From Candidatus Mycalebacterium zealandia (GTDB lineage: Bacteria; Desulfobacterota_D; UBA1144; Nemesobacterales; Mycalebacteriaceae): a stretch of DNA of 64,000 bases. Location of the stretch: NCBI GenBank assembly GCA_014075295.1, contig CP046180.1, positions 698,458-762,457 on the forward strand, written 5' to 3'. Made by a program: the position numbers and the translations under genes. Shown in pieces: positions 31,928 through 46,131 of the stretch. Below the pieces are notes generated by a model. That model saw only the letters and a list, made by a program, of their open reading frames with translations, was not told where the DNA came from and made no database searches. The stretch's first letter is position 1, and each line of letters starts with the position of its first letter.

Positions 31928-33154
31928 CTAAGCTCCAAATTTCGCGAGCCGCCCCGCGTGAGCAAGAGCGAGCGGCATAATCTCAACCGCCCTTATGATT
32001 CCCAGTTCTCCGGTGCGGCAGTCCATTTCATTAAAACCGCCCGCACCGCCGATACTGTGGCGTGATTTTATCAAGAGCGGAACCGGATGCCAGCTGTGAG
32101 CCGACATAGCTGCCGGTGTTGAGTGGTCTCCCGTTACAATCAAAACATCCGGGGCGAGTTTGAGTAGGCGCGGAACAAACTTGTCAAACTCGCTGATGGC
32201 GCGCGCTTTGTCCTTGAAATTGCCATCCTCTCCGTATCTGTCAGTGGATTTTATGTGCAGATAAATAAAGTCAAAACCAGAAAAAATCTTTTCCGCGCCA
32301 CTGATTATTTGCTCCGTTTTTCCGCCGACCGGGTTTTTTATGTCCATTCCGGCGATTTGCGCTATGCCTCGATACATGGGATACGCCGCGACGCACGCGG
32401 CTTTGAGCCCGTAGGTTTGCTCAAAGGTTTCAAGATTTGGCGGGGAGGAAAATCCCCTGAGGAGAACACAGTTCGCGGTTTTTCTGTTTTTCAAAACCTC
32501 TTTCGCTTTTTCAGAGAACCGCTGTATGGTCCGCGTGGCGGCGATGGTTTTTTTATTTCGCGAATCAGTCTTCACCTCGAGCGGTGCCTCACCCCCTTCC
32601 TTTTGCGGGTCCGTGTCGTAGATTTGCTCCGCATCCGGAACCGGATGCGGGAAAGTGAACACAACCACAAATCTGTGTTCAAGACCCGGATAGATTTTTA
32701 TTTTCACATCTCCGATTTTTTTAACCGAAGCCGATATTTGCGAAACAAGTTCGGCGCTGTGTTTTGTTGAAATTCTTCCCGCCCTTCTGTCCGTGAGGAC
32801 GTTTTTTCTTTTTTGCGTTTCAACGGTGGCGAAATTTCCGCGCGCGACCAAATCATTTTTCCCGGTTTTTATGCCAAGCCCGGCGGCTTCAATTACGCCC
32901 CTGCCCACCATAAAAGAGAGCGGGTCGTAGCCGAAAAGCCCCAGATGCGCGGCTCCGCTACCCGGAGTGATGCCGGGCGCCACCGGAGTGTGAAAACCGC
33001 AAGACGCCGCGCGCGCGAGTTTGTCAAGGTTGGGTGTTTTCGCGCTTTGCAGTTCGGTTTTACCGTTCACGGGCAGTCCTCCGAGACCGTCAAGCACGCA
33101 CATAATTATTTTGGATTCCGATTTTGAGGAAATCCCTTTTATAAGTGAACGCAT
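31928..33154 (-). CDS. apgM: 2,3-bisphosphoglycerate-independent phosphoglycerate mutase, archaeal type
   Basis: ApgM/metalloenzyme family colinearity (VLDGLGG..., GDHSTP); start assigned at MRSLIKG (33154), abutting the upstream MBL gene stop. Confidence 0.75.
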   Translation of the reverse strand: MRSLIKGISSKSESKIIMCVLDGLGGLPVNGKTELQSAKTPNLDKLARAASCGFHTPVAPGITPGSGAAHLGLFGYDPLSFMVGRGVIEAAGLGIKTGKNDLVARGNFATVETQKRKNVLTDRRAGRISTKHSAELVSQISASVKKIGDVKIKIYPGLEHRFVVVFTFPHPVPDAEQIYDTDPQKEGGEAPLEVKTDSRNKKTIAATRTIQRFSEKAKEVLKNRKTANCVLLRGFSSPPNLETFEQTYGLKAACVAAYPMYRGIAQIAGMDIKNPVGGKTEQIISGAEKIFSGFDFIYLHIKSTDRYGEDGNFKDKARAISEFDKFVPRLLKLAPDVLIVTGDHSTPAAMSAHSWHPVPLLIKSRHSIGGAGGFNEMDCRTGELGIIRAVEIMPLALAHAGRLAKFGA

Positions 33155-33155
33155 G

Positions 33156-33953
33156 TCAGACACTTGTATTGCCTCCCGTGTTTTGAATTTCAAAAATGGC
33201 GCCGTCCCTCGCGGGTTCCACATTCGCGGGAAGAGTTTTTTTCAGTTCAAAATAATCCATCTTGCAACTCATATGAGTTAAAACCGCTTTTTGTGGAGAG
33301 ATGATTTCTATATGTTCAAGTGTTTGCTCAAGATTGAAATGGGACGGATGAGGGTTGTATCTCAAAGCGCTGATTATAAGTAGTTCAAGTCCGGAGAGTT
33401 TTTTCATTGATTCGGGCGGAATCCCGTTGCAGTCCGTCAAATAGGCGAAGTTTCCAATTCTGTAGCCCAGAATGTTCCATGAGCCGTGATTTATTTCCAC
33501 CGGAACAATCCGTGTGTGCTCTATGGAAAAATCTCCGTCAATTTCGTTCAAGCGCAGGTTCGGTTTCACTTCTCCCGGGCTTTCGCCGCCAAAAATGTAG
33601 CCGAAGTTTCTCTTCAAATTCGCGACGGTTTCAGGGTTCGCGTAACACTCTATTATTTTCCGCCCGAAATCCGTAAATGGTTTTAAATCGTCTATGCCGT
33701 TTGTGTGGTCGGCGTGTGAGTGCGTGTATAAAACCGCGCTGACCTCAGAGATATTTGCGCGCAACGCCTGCGTTCTAAGGTCCGGAGAGGTGTCTATTAG
33801 AAGATTCAAGCCCGCTGTTTCCACAAGTGCGGAGCTTCTCGTGCGGATGTTTTCCTCAGCCGCGCAGGAGCAAACATCGCAATCGCAACCCAGAACCGGA
33901 ACGCCGGTTGAGGTTGCGCAGCCCAGAACCGTCACTTTTATCGGGTTGCTCAA
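33156..33953 (-). CDS. MBL-fold metallo-hydrolase (PhnP-like)
   Basis: 265 aa; HSHADH motif, additional Cys-rich N-terminus (GCDCDVCSC). Confidence 0.75.
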   Translation of the reverse strand: MSNPIKVTVLGCATSTGVPVLGCDCDVCSCAAEENIRTRSSALVETAGLNLLIDTSPDLRTQALRANISEVSAVLYTHSHADHTNGIDDLKPFTDFGRKIIECYANPETVANLKRNFGYIFGGESPGEVKPNLRLNEIDGDFSIEHTRIVPVEINHGSWNILGYRIGNFAYLTDCNGIPPESMKKLSGLELLIISALRYNPHPSHFNLEQTLEHIEIISPQKAVLTHMSCKMDYFELKKTLPANVEPARDGAIFEIQNTGGNTSV

Positions 33954-33974
33954 AGTAATTTCCGCCGTCTTGCG

Positions 33975-34003
33975 AACAGCTTAACTCAACAATAGAATAT
34001 ACT
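33975..34003 (+). promoter_or_regulatory. putative sigma-70 promoter for polX (TTGCGA-N17-TAGAAT)
   Basis: Hexamers read directly in the divergent intergenic region ~20 nt upstream of polX ATG. Confidence 0.3.
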
Positions 34004-34021
34004 GAGTCGCAGGAATTTCAT

Positions 34022-37755
<3,734 letters not shown>

Positions 37756-37764
37756 AGCGCGGAC

Positions 37765-39093
37765 TTAATTTGTTTCTCTTTTCGCGTCCGTAAGATTCTG
37801 GGTTATACGTGTCTGCACCCAGTTGGTGTCCCACCACTGGATTGGCTCAACCGGCAGTCCGCCAACGTATATGCTGAAATGCAGATGGTCTCCGAAGGCG
37901 AGTCCGGTCGCGCCCGTGTTGCCTATTCTTTTTCCTTTTACAACGGTTTCCCCGCGTTGCACGCTCATTGAACTCAAATGAGAATAAAGTGTGGCGATGC
38001 CCATTCCGTGATCGATTATTATGGTGTTCCCGTATATTCCCAGATCATCAGCGAAGATTACAATCCCGTTGTTAGACGCACGAACCGGATTTCTTTTTTG
38101 CGAAGCGATGTCGTATCCAAGGTGCGGCTGTCTGTCCACTTCCACGCCTTCAAATGTGTAAATTCTCTGCTCAAATTGCGACTGCAATGACCCTACAGGC
38201 CTTATAAATGAGCCTTCCCACAAAATTTTGTCGGATTTGTCTGAAGCGTGAGAAAGGACTTTGGCAATTTTTTCGTTGTTTAAACTGCGAATTTTCTTGT
38301 TCACGAGAACAAACATCTCTTTGGCGGAATAGTCTTCGCGGGCATTGATGAGCGGAGCCATCTTCATTTTGATAAACCGCTCCGTTATCTCAACCGGATT
38401 GTCCGGCAGAATCCTTTCTTCAAGTTTGTAATTTACGGGCAGATTTCTTTTGTTTCCGATGGCGTCAGTCGCGGTGATGAGAACTGTTTCGCCTTCACCA
38501 AGATTGTATGGATATGAGAAAAACGCAATACGGATGCTTTTGTCTGAAAATCCGTTTTTCGGTGCGCCTTTATGCCCTTTGAAAAATTTGTTTCCTATTT
38601 TGACGCCACTTTCCTTTGAATCCCCGGAAACCTTGTAAATGATAACTCCGGAGCCGCCCTGCAGAAATCTTTCCGCGCCCGACATAACGGTTATTTTCGG
38701 CGGGGAGAGGTCTGTTGTTATATTTTTGGTTTTGCTTACCGATGACCCTCCGCCGGAACTGAACATTCCGCCGTAGGACTCTGCCTCGGCTTTAATTTGC
38801 CCGGGTCCGTCTTCAATGCCCGTGAACGGACTCAGCGAGATTTGAACGGTGTCTTTTTTAACCCCTTTCGGGTAGTTTTTTGTTTCAAGCAAAAGGGTTT
38901 GGTCTTTGGAGATGTATGAAATCCGGATATTTTTCAGTCCGTCGCCAATGCCTGAAAACTTGACACTAAAAGGTTGCGTGCCCACGGATTCGGACTGCAA
39001 TACAAAACTAATCTTAGATTCTTCAAAACACGACCGGAAGATGAAGACTGCCAAGGCAAGAGCAATGGATGCTAGAAAAAATTTTCTTATCAT
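37765..39093 (-). CDS. M23-family metallopeptidase (EnvC/NlpD-like), membrane anchored
   Basis: 442 aa; N-terminal TM; C-terminal LytM motifs HLGYD...DHGMGIATLYSH...GDHLHF. Confidence 0.85.
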   Translation of the reverse strand: MIRKFFLASIALALAVFIFRSCFEESKISFVLQSESVGTQPFSVKFSGIGDGLKNIRISYISKDQTLLLETKNYPKGVKKDTVQISLSPFTGIEDGPGQIKAEAESYGGMFSSGGGSSVSKTKNITTDLSPPKITVMSGAERFLQGGSGVIIYKVSGDSKESGVKIGNKFFKGHKGAPKNGFSDKSIRIAFFSYPYNLGEGETVLITATDAIGNKRNLPVNYKLEERILPDNPVEITERFIKMKMAPLINAREDYSAKEMFVLVNKKIRSLNNEKIAKVLSHASDKSDKILWEGSFIRPVGSLQSQFEQRIYTFEGVEVDRQPHLGYDIASQKRNPVRASNNGIVIFADDLGIYGNTIIIDHGMGIATLYSHLSSMSVQRGETVVKGKRIGNTGATGLAFGDHLHFSIYVGGLPVEPIQWWDTNWVQTRITQNLTDAKRETN

Positions 39094-39195
39094 TGGTTTT
39101 TCTCCAAGCCGTAAACTTTTCCTTTGTAACCCAACCCTGAAACACTATACTACATCAGCGGGCATATGTTGTAAAGTGTCCCGCTTTGTTAGCAA

Positions 39196-42100
39196 ATGAG
39201 TCTTTTCAACACCCCGCTCCCGCGTTGTTTCGCGCTTGTGTTTGCCGTGTTGTGCGTCACGGGGGTTCCCCCCGTTGCTTCCTGTATGGAATTTCTCAAA
39301 CCCGAAGTTGAAAAAAGCGTTCGGCAAGCCTTGCCCGATTTTGAAGTTTCCATCGGCGAAGTCAGCGCGTTTCATGAGAAAGGAATTCAAATTAAAAATT
39401 TTTCTCTTTCAAAAGACGGACAAAAAATCGCGCGGGCGAAATCAGTTTTTTTAAGTTACAGCTCCGTTATTTCTTCACTGCTTTTCAAGGATTTTCTCTC
39501 GTCTTCGGTCGTTGAAATTGAAGGTCTTGAGGTTTTCTTTTCTCCACAGGTCCGGCAGTTGCTTTCCGGGCGGCGCTCTCTGTCTTCCGCGTCAATTCCG
39601 GAAAGCGAAAACGCATTCGGAAGCGGCAAACTTCCCCGAATTATCATCAGGGATTCAATTTTTCATTTTCAAGGCGGCAAAACGGAAGTCCGTTCCGCCG
39701 AACTTTCATTCTCTGACGGCGAGAGTAAAGGCGCGTTGCGGGCACGGATTGAAAACGCGCACATTCCCCTGCCCCGGGTGAATTTGTCGGTAAAAAATCT
39801 CGCGCTTGGCGCGGACATCGTCCGGACATATGAAGGGTTGAAAATCAGCAATGCGGACGGAAGCGCTTCCTTTGAGACTTTGCGGGGAGAGCCGGTTGCG
39901 AAAGCGGAGTTTGGGATTTCAATTCCGGGCGGTGTCTCAAACACGGTTTGGAAAGGGCGTGTATCTCTGTCGGGAATAACCTTGAGGGGGCGGCAAGCCG
40001 GTCTTTCGTTTAGTTCGGTTACTTTTGACAAAAACGGCGACCTTTCGGTTTACGGCAACATTTTTGCGGGCAGTCTCTCCTCGCTCATCAAAACGCAAAT
40101 CAATACTGTGGGCGGCGGCATAATTCCCGGTTTCAGAGGGAAAAATATCTTTGAGATTGAATCTGATATTTCCAAAGGCAATCTGCCAATCGGGGGTTTT
40201 AAACTTACGGGTGTTGTAAGAAAACGGGATGGAAAGTCCGTAATTTCAGGCAAAATCGCGTCCGACTACCGCAACAAACTTGATCTGTTTGGAGTGGGTG
40301 AAATTCTTGAAGATTTTAATTTCGAAGTTACTTTGGAGGATGGCAAAGTTGCTTCGGGCGGATTGTTGATTAAATCCCACAAGTCTCTTTTGGAAACGGA
40401 TTTTGAGATTGTTGAGAGAGGCGGTTTTGAGGTTGATTACGCTGTTAAGTCGGACGATGTGTTTCATCTTTCAGAAGTGGTGAATTTTTTGAGACCCTAT
40501 TCCGTGTCGGGTGGATTTCAGTCTTCAGGGAGGATTTCAAAACGCGCGGATGGAAGAACTTTTTTGTCCGGAAGCGCAAAACTTGAAGATTTTTCCGCCA
40601 CTTTCGACAAACAGTTCCATATTGGCGGCGGGGAGATTGATTTCAGAACTCCGCTTGAAGGTTTTGCGTTTGAGGATTTTCTTTTTCAATCTTCGCTCCA
40701 AGACGTTTCATATGAGGAAACTTCGTTAAAAAAAGCGAATCTCGATTTTGAATACGGAGATGTTTACGCGAAGTTGGAGTTTGAAGATTCCGCCTCTTTT
40801 GAATTTGTCGCGGCGGCCGCGAGGAGAAATGGGAAAATCCATGCCGACATTGAAAATATCAAAATGAAATCCGGTGACTCCGAAATGTTTCTTTCAAGAA
40901 AGTTTTCCGTTGAGTTGTCGGATGAAAGAATAGAGTCTTCGGAGATGCTGCTTTACGGGCAGGGTTCATACTTGCGTTTCTCCGGCTTGTATGAAAACAC
41001 GGGCAAGTCTGAAATATCGGTGAACGCGGATATGAAAGGGGTGGACACATCATTTTTTGAGCCGTTCTACCCGCCTTTACGCTCCCGAAGGGGATTTCTT
41101 TCAGGCAAGGTTTCTATCGTGGGCGCCACAGGTTTGCCGGTCGCCAATATCGGAGTCAAATACGAAAGTATCCCGCATGGGAAGCGCGCGGAGTTGTCCG
41201 TTGTGCGGGTTCAACATTCAAAACTGTTTTCGGTCAAACTGACAATTGAAGACGATGTCTCCGGTGGTTTTCTGCGCGCGGGCGTAAATATTTCCCCTGT
41301 TGGCGCGGAGATTTACAAAATACGGGAGCTGCTTAGCGGCTTTTCAGAATACGATTTCAATTTGAGTGTGGAAAATTTCAGCGTTAAACCGATTGGACTT
41401 TTTTCTGAAAAAATTCAAGACCTTGACGGAGTTTTCAGCGGCGACCTCGCGGTTTTGAAAGATGACGGCGATTTTTCAATGAAAGGCGCGATTGATATTG
41501 AAAGCGCGAAAGTGAAAATCGGTGAATGGACGGATTTGGTGCAGATCAAATCCACGCGAATGGATTTTGAGGGAAACCAAATGCGCGCCGCCTTCAATCT
41601 GGCGGACACTTCCGGCGGGGCGAAGGGTGTGGGAAGTTTCAATTTCAGGGATTTTTCATATGATTGCGAAGTGGAACTTTCCGGAATTTATCTGCATATA
41701 AAATATCTGTATTCGGGTTTTTACGGAACGATTTTTATTGACGGAAAAGGGAAAAATATCCGCGTCAGAGGGAACGGGCTTGAAACAAAAGGCGCGAATA
41801 TCTGGCTTAAAAAGGATTACAACATAGCGGTTGAGGATCTGGTTTTTATTGACCTGCCGGAAAGAGGTTTTGCCGAGGGTAAAAAACCGGGTTTTTTCTC
41901 ACGGACAGCGGATTTGGATTTCCGTCTTTTAATTTCAAAAGACACAAAATTCAGACTGGACAGAGTTGATGCACTTCTTTCGGGCGAACTTCATGTTTTA
42001 AGAACTCCGGGAGACGATTACACATCAGTTAACGGTGAACTCAACGTTCTCAGGGGTTCATACAGGATTCTCGGAAAGCGTTTTGCCGTGGACAAGGGTG

Positions 42101-42669
42101 TAATTTCGTTGTTCACAAGGGAGCATTTGAGTCCCATTGTTAATATCAACGCTTTTTATGAGCGGACCGGATTGGCAGTCAAAGCGTCTCTTTACGGCGA
42201 AGCGAATGACCTTGAACTGCAACTCTCAAGCACGCCCGCAATGAACGAAGATGAAATAATTCTCGCCCTGCTCGGCTCTTCCGTAAACAGAACCGATGAC
42301 AACCGCGCCTCCGATATTATTGAGGAAGTTCGGGAGAGGCGTCCGGGAGGAGCTTTAACTTTTGGATACGTTGCTGATGAACTTTTCTCATCCGTTGTTG
42401 AGGGCGGCAATCTGTTCAATTTTGTGGATGTTCTCAGCATTAGAAGAGAAGGCGCGGGCATACTTGAGTCCGATATTGAAGTTGGAGCGTATGTTACCGA
42501 CAGGCTTTATTTTACATACGAGCGCATAAATGAAACATTGCCCATTAGCGCTTCATACAAGAGCAGATTTACCGCGCTATACAGTTTGAACAATCACTTC
42601 ACACTTGAAGGCGTCGCGGGCGGGATCACACCCGGAGCCAATCTGCTTTTCAATTTTGATTTCAGGTAA
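39196..42669 (+). CDS. TamB/AsmA-like translocation-and-assembly module protein
   Basis: 1157 aa; N-terminal signal-anchor, long beta-rich body, C-terminal DUF490-like segment ending ...LLFNFDFR. Confidence 0.6.
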   Translation: MSLFNTPLPRCFALVFAVLCVTGVPPVASCMEFLKPEVEKSVRQALPDFEVSIGEVSAFHEKGIQIKNFSLSKDGQKIARAKSVFLSYSSVISSLLFKDFLSSSVVEIEGLEVFFSPQVRQLLSGRRSLSSASIPESENAFGSGKLPRIIIRDSIFHFQGGKTEVRSAELSFSDGESKGALRARIENAHIPLPRVNLSVKNLALGADIVRTYEGLKISNADGSASFETLRGEPVAKAEFGISIPGGVSNTVWKGRVSLSGITLRGRQAGLSFSSVTFDKNGDLSVYGNIFAGSLSSLIKTQINTVGGGIIPGFRGKNIFEIESDISKGNLPIGGFKLTGVVRKRDGKSVISGKIASDYRNKLDLFGVGEILEDFNFEVTLEDGKVASGGLLIKSHKSLLETDFEIVERGGFEVDYAVKSDDVFHLSEVVNFLRPYSVSGGFQSSGRISKRADGRTFLSGSAKLEDFSATFDKQFHIGGGEIDFRTPLEGFAFEDFLFQSSLQDVSYEETSLKKANLDFEYGDVYAKLEFEDSASFEFVAAAARRNGKIHADIENIKMKSGDSEMFLSRKFSVELSDERIESSEMLLYGQGSYLRFSGLYENTGKSEISVNADMKGVDTSFFEPFYPPLRSRRGFLSGKVSIVGATGLPVANIGVKYESIPHGKRAELSVVRVQHSKLFSVKLTIEDDVSGGFLRAGVNISPVGAEIYKIRELLSGFSEYDFNLSVENFSVKPIGLFSEKIQDLDGVFSGDLAVLKDDGDFSMKGAIDIESAKVKIGEWTDLVQIKSTRMDFEGNQMRAAFNLADTSGGAKGVGSFNFRDFSYDCEVELSGIYLHIKYLYSGFYGTIFIDGKGKNIRVRGNGLETKGANIWLKKDYNIAVEDLVFIDLPERGFAEGKKPGFFSRTADLDFRLLISKDTKFRLDRVDALLSGELHVLRTPGDDYTSVNGELNVLRGSYRILGKRFAVDKGVISLFTREHLSPIVNINAFYERTGLAVKASLYGEANDLELQLSSTPAMNEDEIILALLGSSVNRTDDNRASDIIEEVRERRPGGALTFGYVADELFSSVVEGGNLFNFVDVLSIRREGAGILESDIEVGAYVTDRLYFTYERINETLPISASYKSRFTALYSLNNHFTLEGVAGGITPGANLLFNFDFR

Positions 42670-42677
42670 AACTCTCG

Positions 42678-43541
42678 CTAAAAAAACAAAATCGCGAGTA
42701 TGTAAAGGGTCGGAAAGGTGAAAATAATTCCGTCAAAACGGTCAAAAAGTCCGCCGTGCCCGGGCAACATTGTTCCTGAGTCTTTGGCGTTGCTGTTTCT
42801 TTTGATTGCAGATTCAATCAGGTCTCCCGTTATCGCGGAAGCGCCCGTGGCCAATCCAAAAAGAATCGCGAGCCATAACGGAAACGGAGAACCGAAAACT
42901 GAATTAACAACCACGCTTCCAATAGCGGCGGCGGTTAGTCCGGCGGCCAGCCCTTCAAGTGTTTTCGCGGGGCTTATGCCGGAGGCGATTTTTCTTTCTC
43001 CCTTCCAAATTCCGACAAAATAAGCCGCTGAATCATTAACCGCGCCGCACAAAAAGGCGATTATGACAAAGAAAAACCCGATTTCATTTTTTAGAAAAAA
43101 CGCGGTCGGCTCCGTGGAAACGGGCAATTCCATTTCCCGCAAAAGCACCCCGCAACCGGTCATCATTCCGAGAATGGTTATTAAAACAAGAGACATTCCC
43201 ACATCGCTTGAATATCCCGATATGTCCTTTCTGCCCTTCAAGATACTGAGCGTGAAAATCGCCCCCGCCGAACCGACAAGCGCAACCATGAAATATTCCG
43301 CATCCAAATAAGCACCGATGAGTATGAGCAAAACACATGCCATTAAAAACTCTCTTGCCGCTTTCAGGCCCCGTGGGACAAGAAGCCGGTGGATTTCTCT
43401 GGACGCGCCCAGAGAAATAAAGCACATAAGAGCCAGAAAATAGAAGCCCCCCAGATAGCAGATAATTGCTATCGGAACTATCAGCATCACAGAGGTGAGT
43501 ATTCTTACGCGGAAGTTTTGCGAAGCCATATACCCGTCCAT
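42678..43541 (-). CDS. cdsA: phosphatidate cytidylyltransferase
   Basis: Signature GDLIESAIKRNSNAKDSGTMLPGHGGLFDRFDG; multi-TM; the start may be a few codons internal (MASQNF). Confidence 0.85.
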   Translation of the reverse strand: MDGYMASQNFRVRILTSVMLIVPIAIICYLGGFYFLALMCFISLGASREIHRLLVPRGLKAAREFLMACVLLILIGAYLDAEYFMVALVGSAGAIFTLSILKGRKDISGYSSDVGMSLVLITILGMMTGCGVLLREMELPVSTEPTAFFLKNEIGFFFVIIAFLCGAVNDSAAYFVGIWKGERKIASGISPAKTLEGLAAGLTAAAIGSVVVNSVFGSPFPLWLAILFGLATGASAITGDLIESAIKRNSNAKDSGTMLPGHGGLFDRFDGIIFTFPTLYILAILFF

Positions 43542-43542
43542 T

Positions 43543-44382
43543 CTACTGCGTTTTGCGTCTTATTTCTTTGAGATTTTTGATATCCAGCGCACTTTTTTCG
43601 GGAGGTGTTTCGGCAATAAAGTCAATCCCTCTGAACTCCGCGCACGAAAACAGAGGGTTAAACCCTTTTGTTCCGATTTTGCCAAAACCAATGTGTTCGT
43701 GGCGGTCTTTTCGCGAGCCCAGGTCAACTTTTGAGTCATTGCAGTGGATAAGCCCTATTTTTTCTGTGGAAAAAGTTGCGTTGATGTTTTTTACGGTTTT
43801 TTCAAAACCCTCTTCCGTTCTGATTTCGTATCCCGCGCCGAACAGATGAGCGGTGTCAACGCAAACACCAAGATCGGGTTCGCCCGTTTTGTCCAGAATT
43901 TCGGCAATTTCTTCAAAAGCGCCTCCGAGTGTTGAGCCCTGCCCCGCGGAGTTTTCAATCAGAAGTTTTACGCTCGCGCCGCGTGTTTTATTCAAGATTT
44001 CCCTCAGGGACTTTGCCGCTTTTGCGACCGCGTCTCCGCGTTCCATTCCCGCGGCGGTTCCAATGTGCGTTACGGCGCAAGCCGCGCCGACCAAATCAGC
44101 GCGCCGGAGGTCTTCAACTATCATCGCGACCGAGTTTTTTCTGATGTCCGTTTTCGCGGACGCGAGGTTGATTATGTAAGGAGTGTGGACATAGCAGTTT
44201 GAAAGGCCCAATCTTTGGCGGTCTGCCGCAAATTTTTTCGCGGCGCTGTCCGAAATTTCAGGCGGCTGCCCTCCCCTTGGCGAGCGTGTGAATATTTGAA
44301 AACACTCGCAACCCATCTCTGCGGCGCGTTGCGGCGCTTTTTCAATTCCGCCGCTTATTGATATGTGGCAACCGATTTTCAT
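43543..44382 (-). CDS. nfo: endonuclease IV
   Basis: 279 aa; TIM-barrel AP endonuclease family 2 (MKIGCHISISGG, CVDTAHLFGAGY). Confidence 0.9.
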   Translation of the reverse strand: MKIGCHISISGGIEKAPQRAAEMGCECFQIFTRSPRGGQPPEISDSAAKKFAADRQRLGLSNCYVHTPYIINLASAKTDIRKNSVAMIVEDLRRADLVGAACAVTHIGTAAGMERGDAVAKAAKSLREILNKTRGASVKLLIENSAGQGSTLGGAFEEIAEILDKTGEPDLGVCVDTAHLFGAGYEIRTEEGFEKTVKNINATFSTEKIGLIHCNDSKVDLGSRKDRHEHIGFGKIGTKGFNPLFSCAEFRGIDFIAETPPEKSALDIKNLKEIRRKTQ

Positions 44383-44439
44383 CCGGATTGCGGATTATAC
44401 ATAAGGTGTCCACAAACTTTTTGCCGGACTGTTGTCTGT

Positions 44440-44967
44440 TTAGTTGTTGCTAACTTTAATTCTTTTTTCAGACAAAGTTAATGTTCTGATTACCGCTCCG
44501 GAGGGAATCACCCCCTCTTTCCCTTTATTAAGGAAAGCAAGTGGACACAAAATAAGTCCGACGGCAATAGTTCCGCCTATTTCCGAATCTCCCTTTGTGT
44601 TGAAGCTTCCCTTCAAAGGAATGGTGGTTCCATCAACGGCGGTTGTGTAATCCACATCAATCGTGATCCAACCCGAAATTCCCGCCATGCCTGCGCCTTT
44701 TCTGTCTGAAACTCTGGCGACAACAGCAGTTCCTGACTCAATAACGGTTAATCCGTCAACCTTAATGTCCCGCTCAACAGACAGGATGACTTCCATGCCG
44801 GCTCTCATTCCCTTTGAAGAAATGCGTTGTTTTGTTTGAATGGGAACAAGTGTTGATTCTTTCAAAACAGCCGTACGAGCAAAGGCGTTTGTTGCGCCAA
44901 AAACGGAGAAAATCATCAGCATTGCTATTGAGATACAAAACCCCGAACTTTTAATTAAAAATTTCAT
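44440..44967 (-). CDS. secreted beta-rich hypothetical protein
   Basis: 175 aa; signal peptide (AMLMIFSVFGATNAFA), Gly/Thr/Val-rich beta pattern; 4-nt overlap with upstream DUF2085 gene. Confidence 0.5.
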   Translation of the reverse strand: MKFLIKSSGFCISIAMLMIFSVFGATNAFARTAVLKESTLVPIQTKQRISSKGMRAGMEVILSVERDIKVDGLTVIESGTAVVARVSDRKGAGMAGISGWITIDVDYTTAVDGTTIPLKGSFNTKGDSEIGGTIAVGLILCPLAFLNKGKEGVIPSGAVIRTLTLSEKRIKVSNN

Positions 44968-45437
44968 TTTAACCCTCCTGTGTGAACTAAAGATTTTTCA
45001 AATTTTGACGGGAAGCAGAGCATAAAAACGCCTGCCCCGCCAAGAAATCCTGTGACGGATCGAATCAAATTGATGCTTTGATAATTTGTAATGCTCTGCG
45101 CAAAGACATCTAAAATTGCCGGAAGCAGTAAGGCAATTCCGAGTAAAGCACGGTTTGTGTATTTTTGAGGACTACTGACAAACAAAGCGGCAACGGCAAT
45201 GCCCGTATATCCCAAAAGGCATCTTGAGCAAAGTCCGCACGGAAACCCTAAAATCCAAAATGATTTTGACGGCAGTTGATGGCATATAAAGGACAGCCAT
45301 AGGTAAATAGATTCGCCGTTGGGAAATCCGCTAATTGACTGACGTATGGGAGCCATTAGCGAAAAAAGAGCCAGCAAAAAAAAAGTTGCAAAAATTAGCA
45401 GTCTCATAATCATTGGCAAGTAGAGCCTGACGCACAA
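44964..45437 (-). CDS. DUF2085-family membrane protein
   Basis: 157 aa; 4 TM helices with CHQ...CGLCSRC Cys motifs typical of DUF2085. Confidence 0.55.
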   Translation of the reverse strand: MCVRLYLPMIMRLLIFATFFLLALFSLMAPIRQSISGFPNGESIYLWLSFICHQLPSKSFWILGFPCGLCSRCLLGYTGIAVAALFVSSPQKYTNRALLGIALLLPAILDVFAQSITNYQSINLIRSVTGFLGGAGVFMLCFPSKFEKSLVHTGGLK

Positions 45438-45567
45438 AGGCGCTTAACGGCACGCGTTGTAATTGAAGGGAGTTGCGGAGTCAAATTGACAACCCGCTTC
45501 CGAACATATAGAAACGGCGGGAGAATTTGTTCACTTGCTTTACGGTTTGTGATTAAAGGTGAAACGG

Positions 45568-46128
45568 ATGGTTCCAACCACGGCTTTTGTTACAAAGGGA
45601 ATGGGGAAAAGCAAGGAGAAACTCGCAAGTTTTGAGATGGCTTTGCGGGACGCAAAAATCGCGCAATTCAACCTTGTGAAAGTTTCCAGCATTTTTCCTC
45701 CCTACTGCACTCTTGTTCCGCGCGCGAAAGGCGTAAGCCTTCTTTCGCCCGGGCAGGTTGTTCACGTTGTGATGAGCGAAAACTCAACCGATGAGCCGAA
45801 CCGGCTTCTTGCGGCTTCGGCGGGAATCGCGATACCGAAAGAGGAAAACAGATTCGGCTACATCTCCGAGCATCACAGTTTTGGAGAGAAAAAATCCAAA
45901 GCCGGCGAATACGCCGAAGACCTGGCGGCTTATATGCTTGCGACCACTCTGGGCACGCCTTTCAATGTGGACAAAAGTTACGATGAACAGAAAGACATCT
46001 GGAAAATAAGCGGGCATGCGGTCAGAACGCAGAACATAACACAGACTGCGTTCGGAGATAAAAACGGGCTTTGGACAACTGTGGTCGCCGCGGTGGTTTT
46101 TTCCTCTTACGCGCCCGCGAATGCCTGA
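45568..46128 (+). CDS. pdaD: pyruvoyl-dependent arginine decarboxylase
   Basis: PdaD colinearity (FVTKGMG..., self-cleavage VSS|I at LVKVSSIFPP); AAAGGTG RBS before ATG 45568. Confidence 0.8.
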   Translation: MVPTTAFVTKGMGKSKEKLASFEMALRDAKIAQFNLVKVSSIFPPYCTLVPRAKGVSLLSPGQVVHVVMSENSTDEPNRLLAASAGIAIPKEENRFGYISEHHSFGEKKSKAGEYAEDLAAYMLATTLGTPFNVDKSYDEQKDIWKISGHAVRTQNITQTAFGDKNGLWTTVVAAVVFSSYAPANA

Positions 46129-46131
46129 AAC

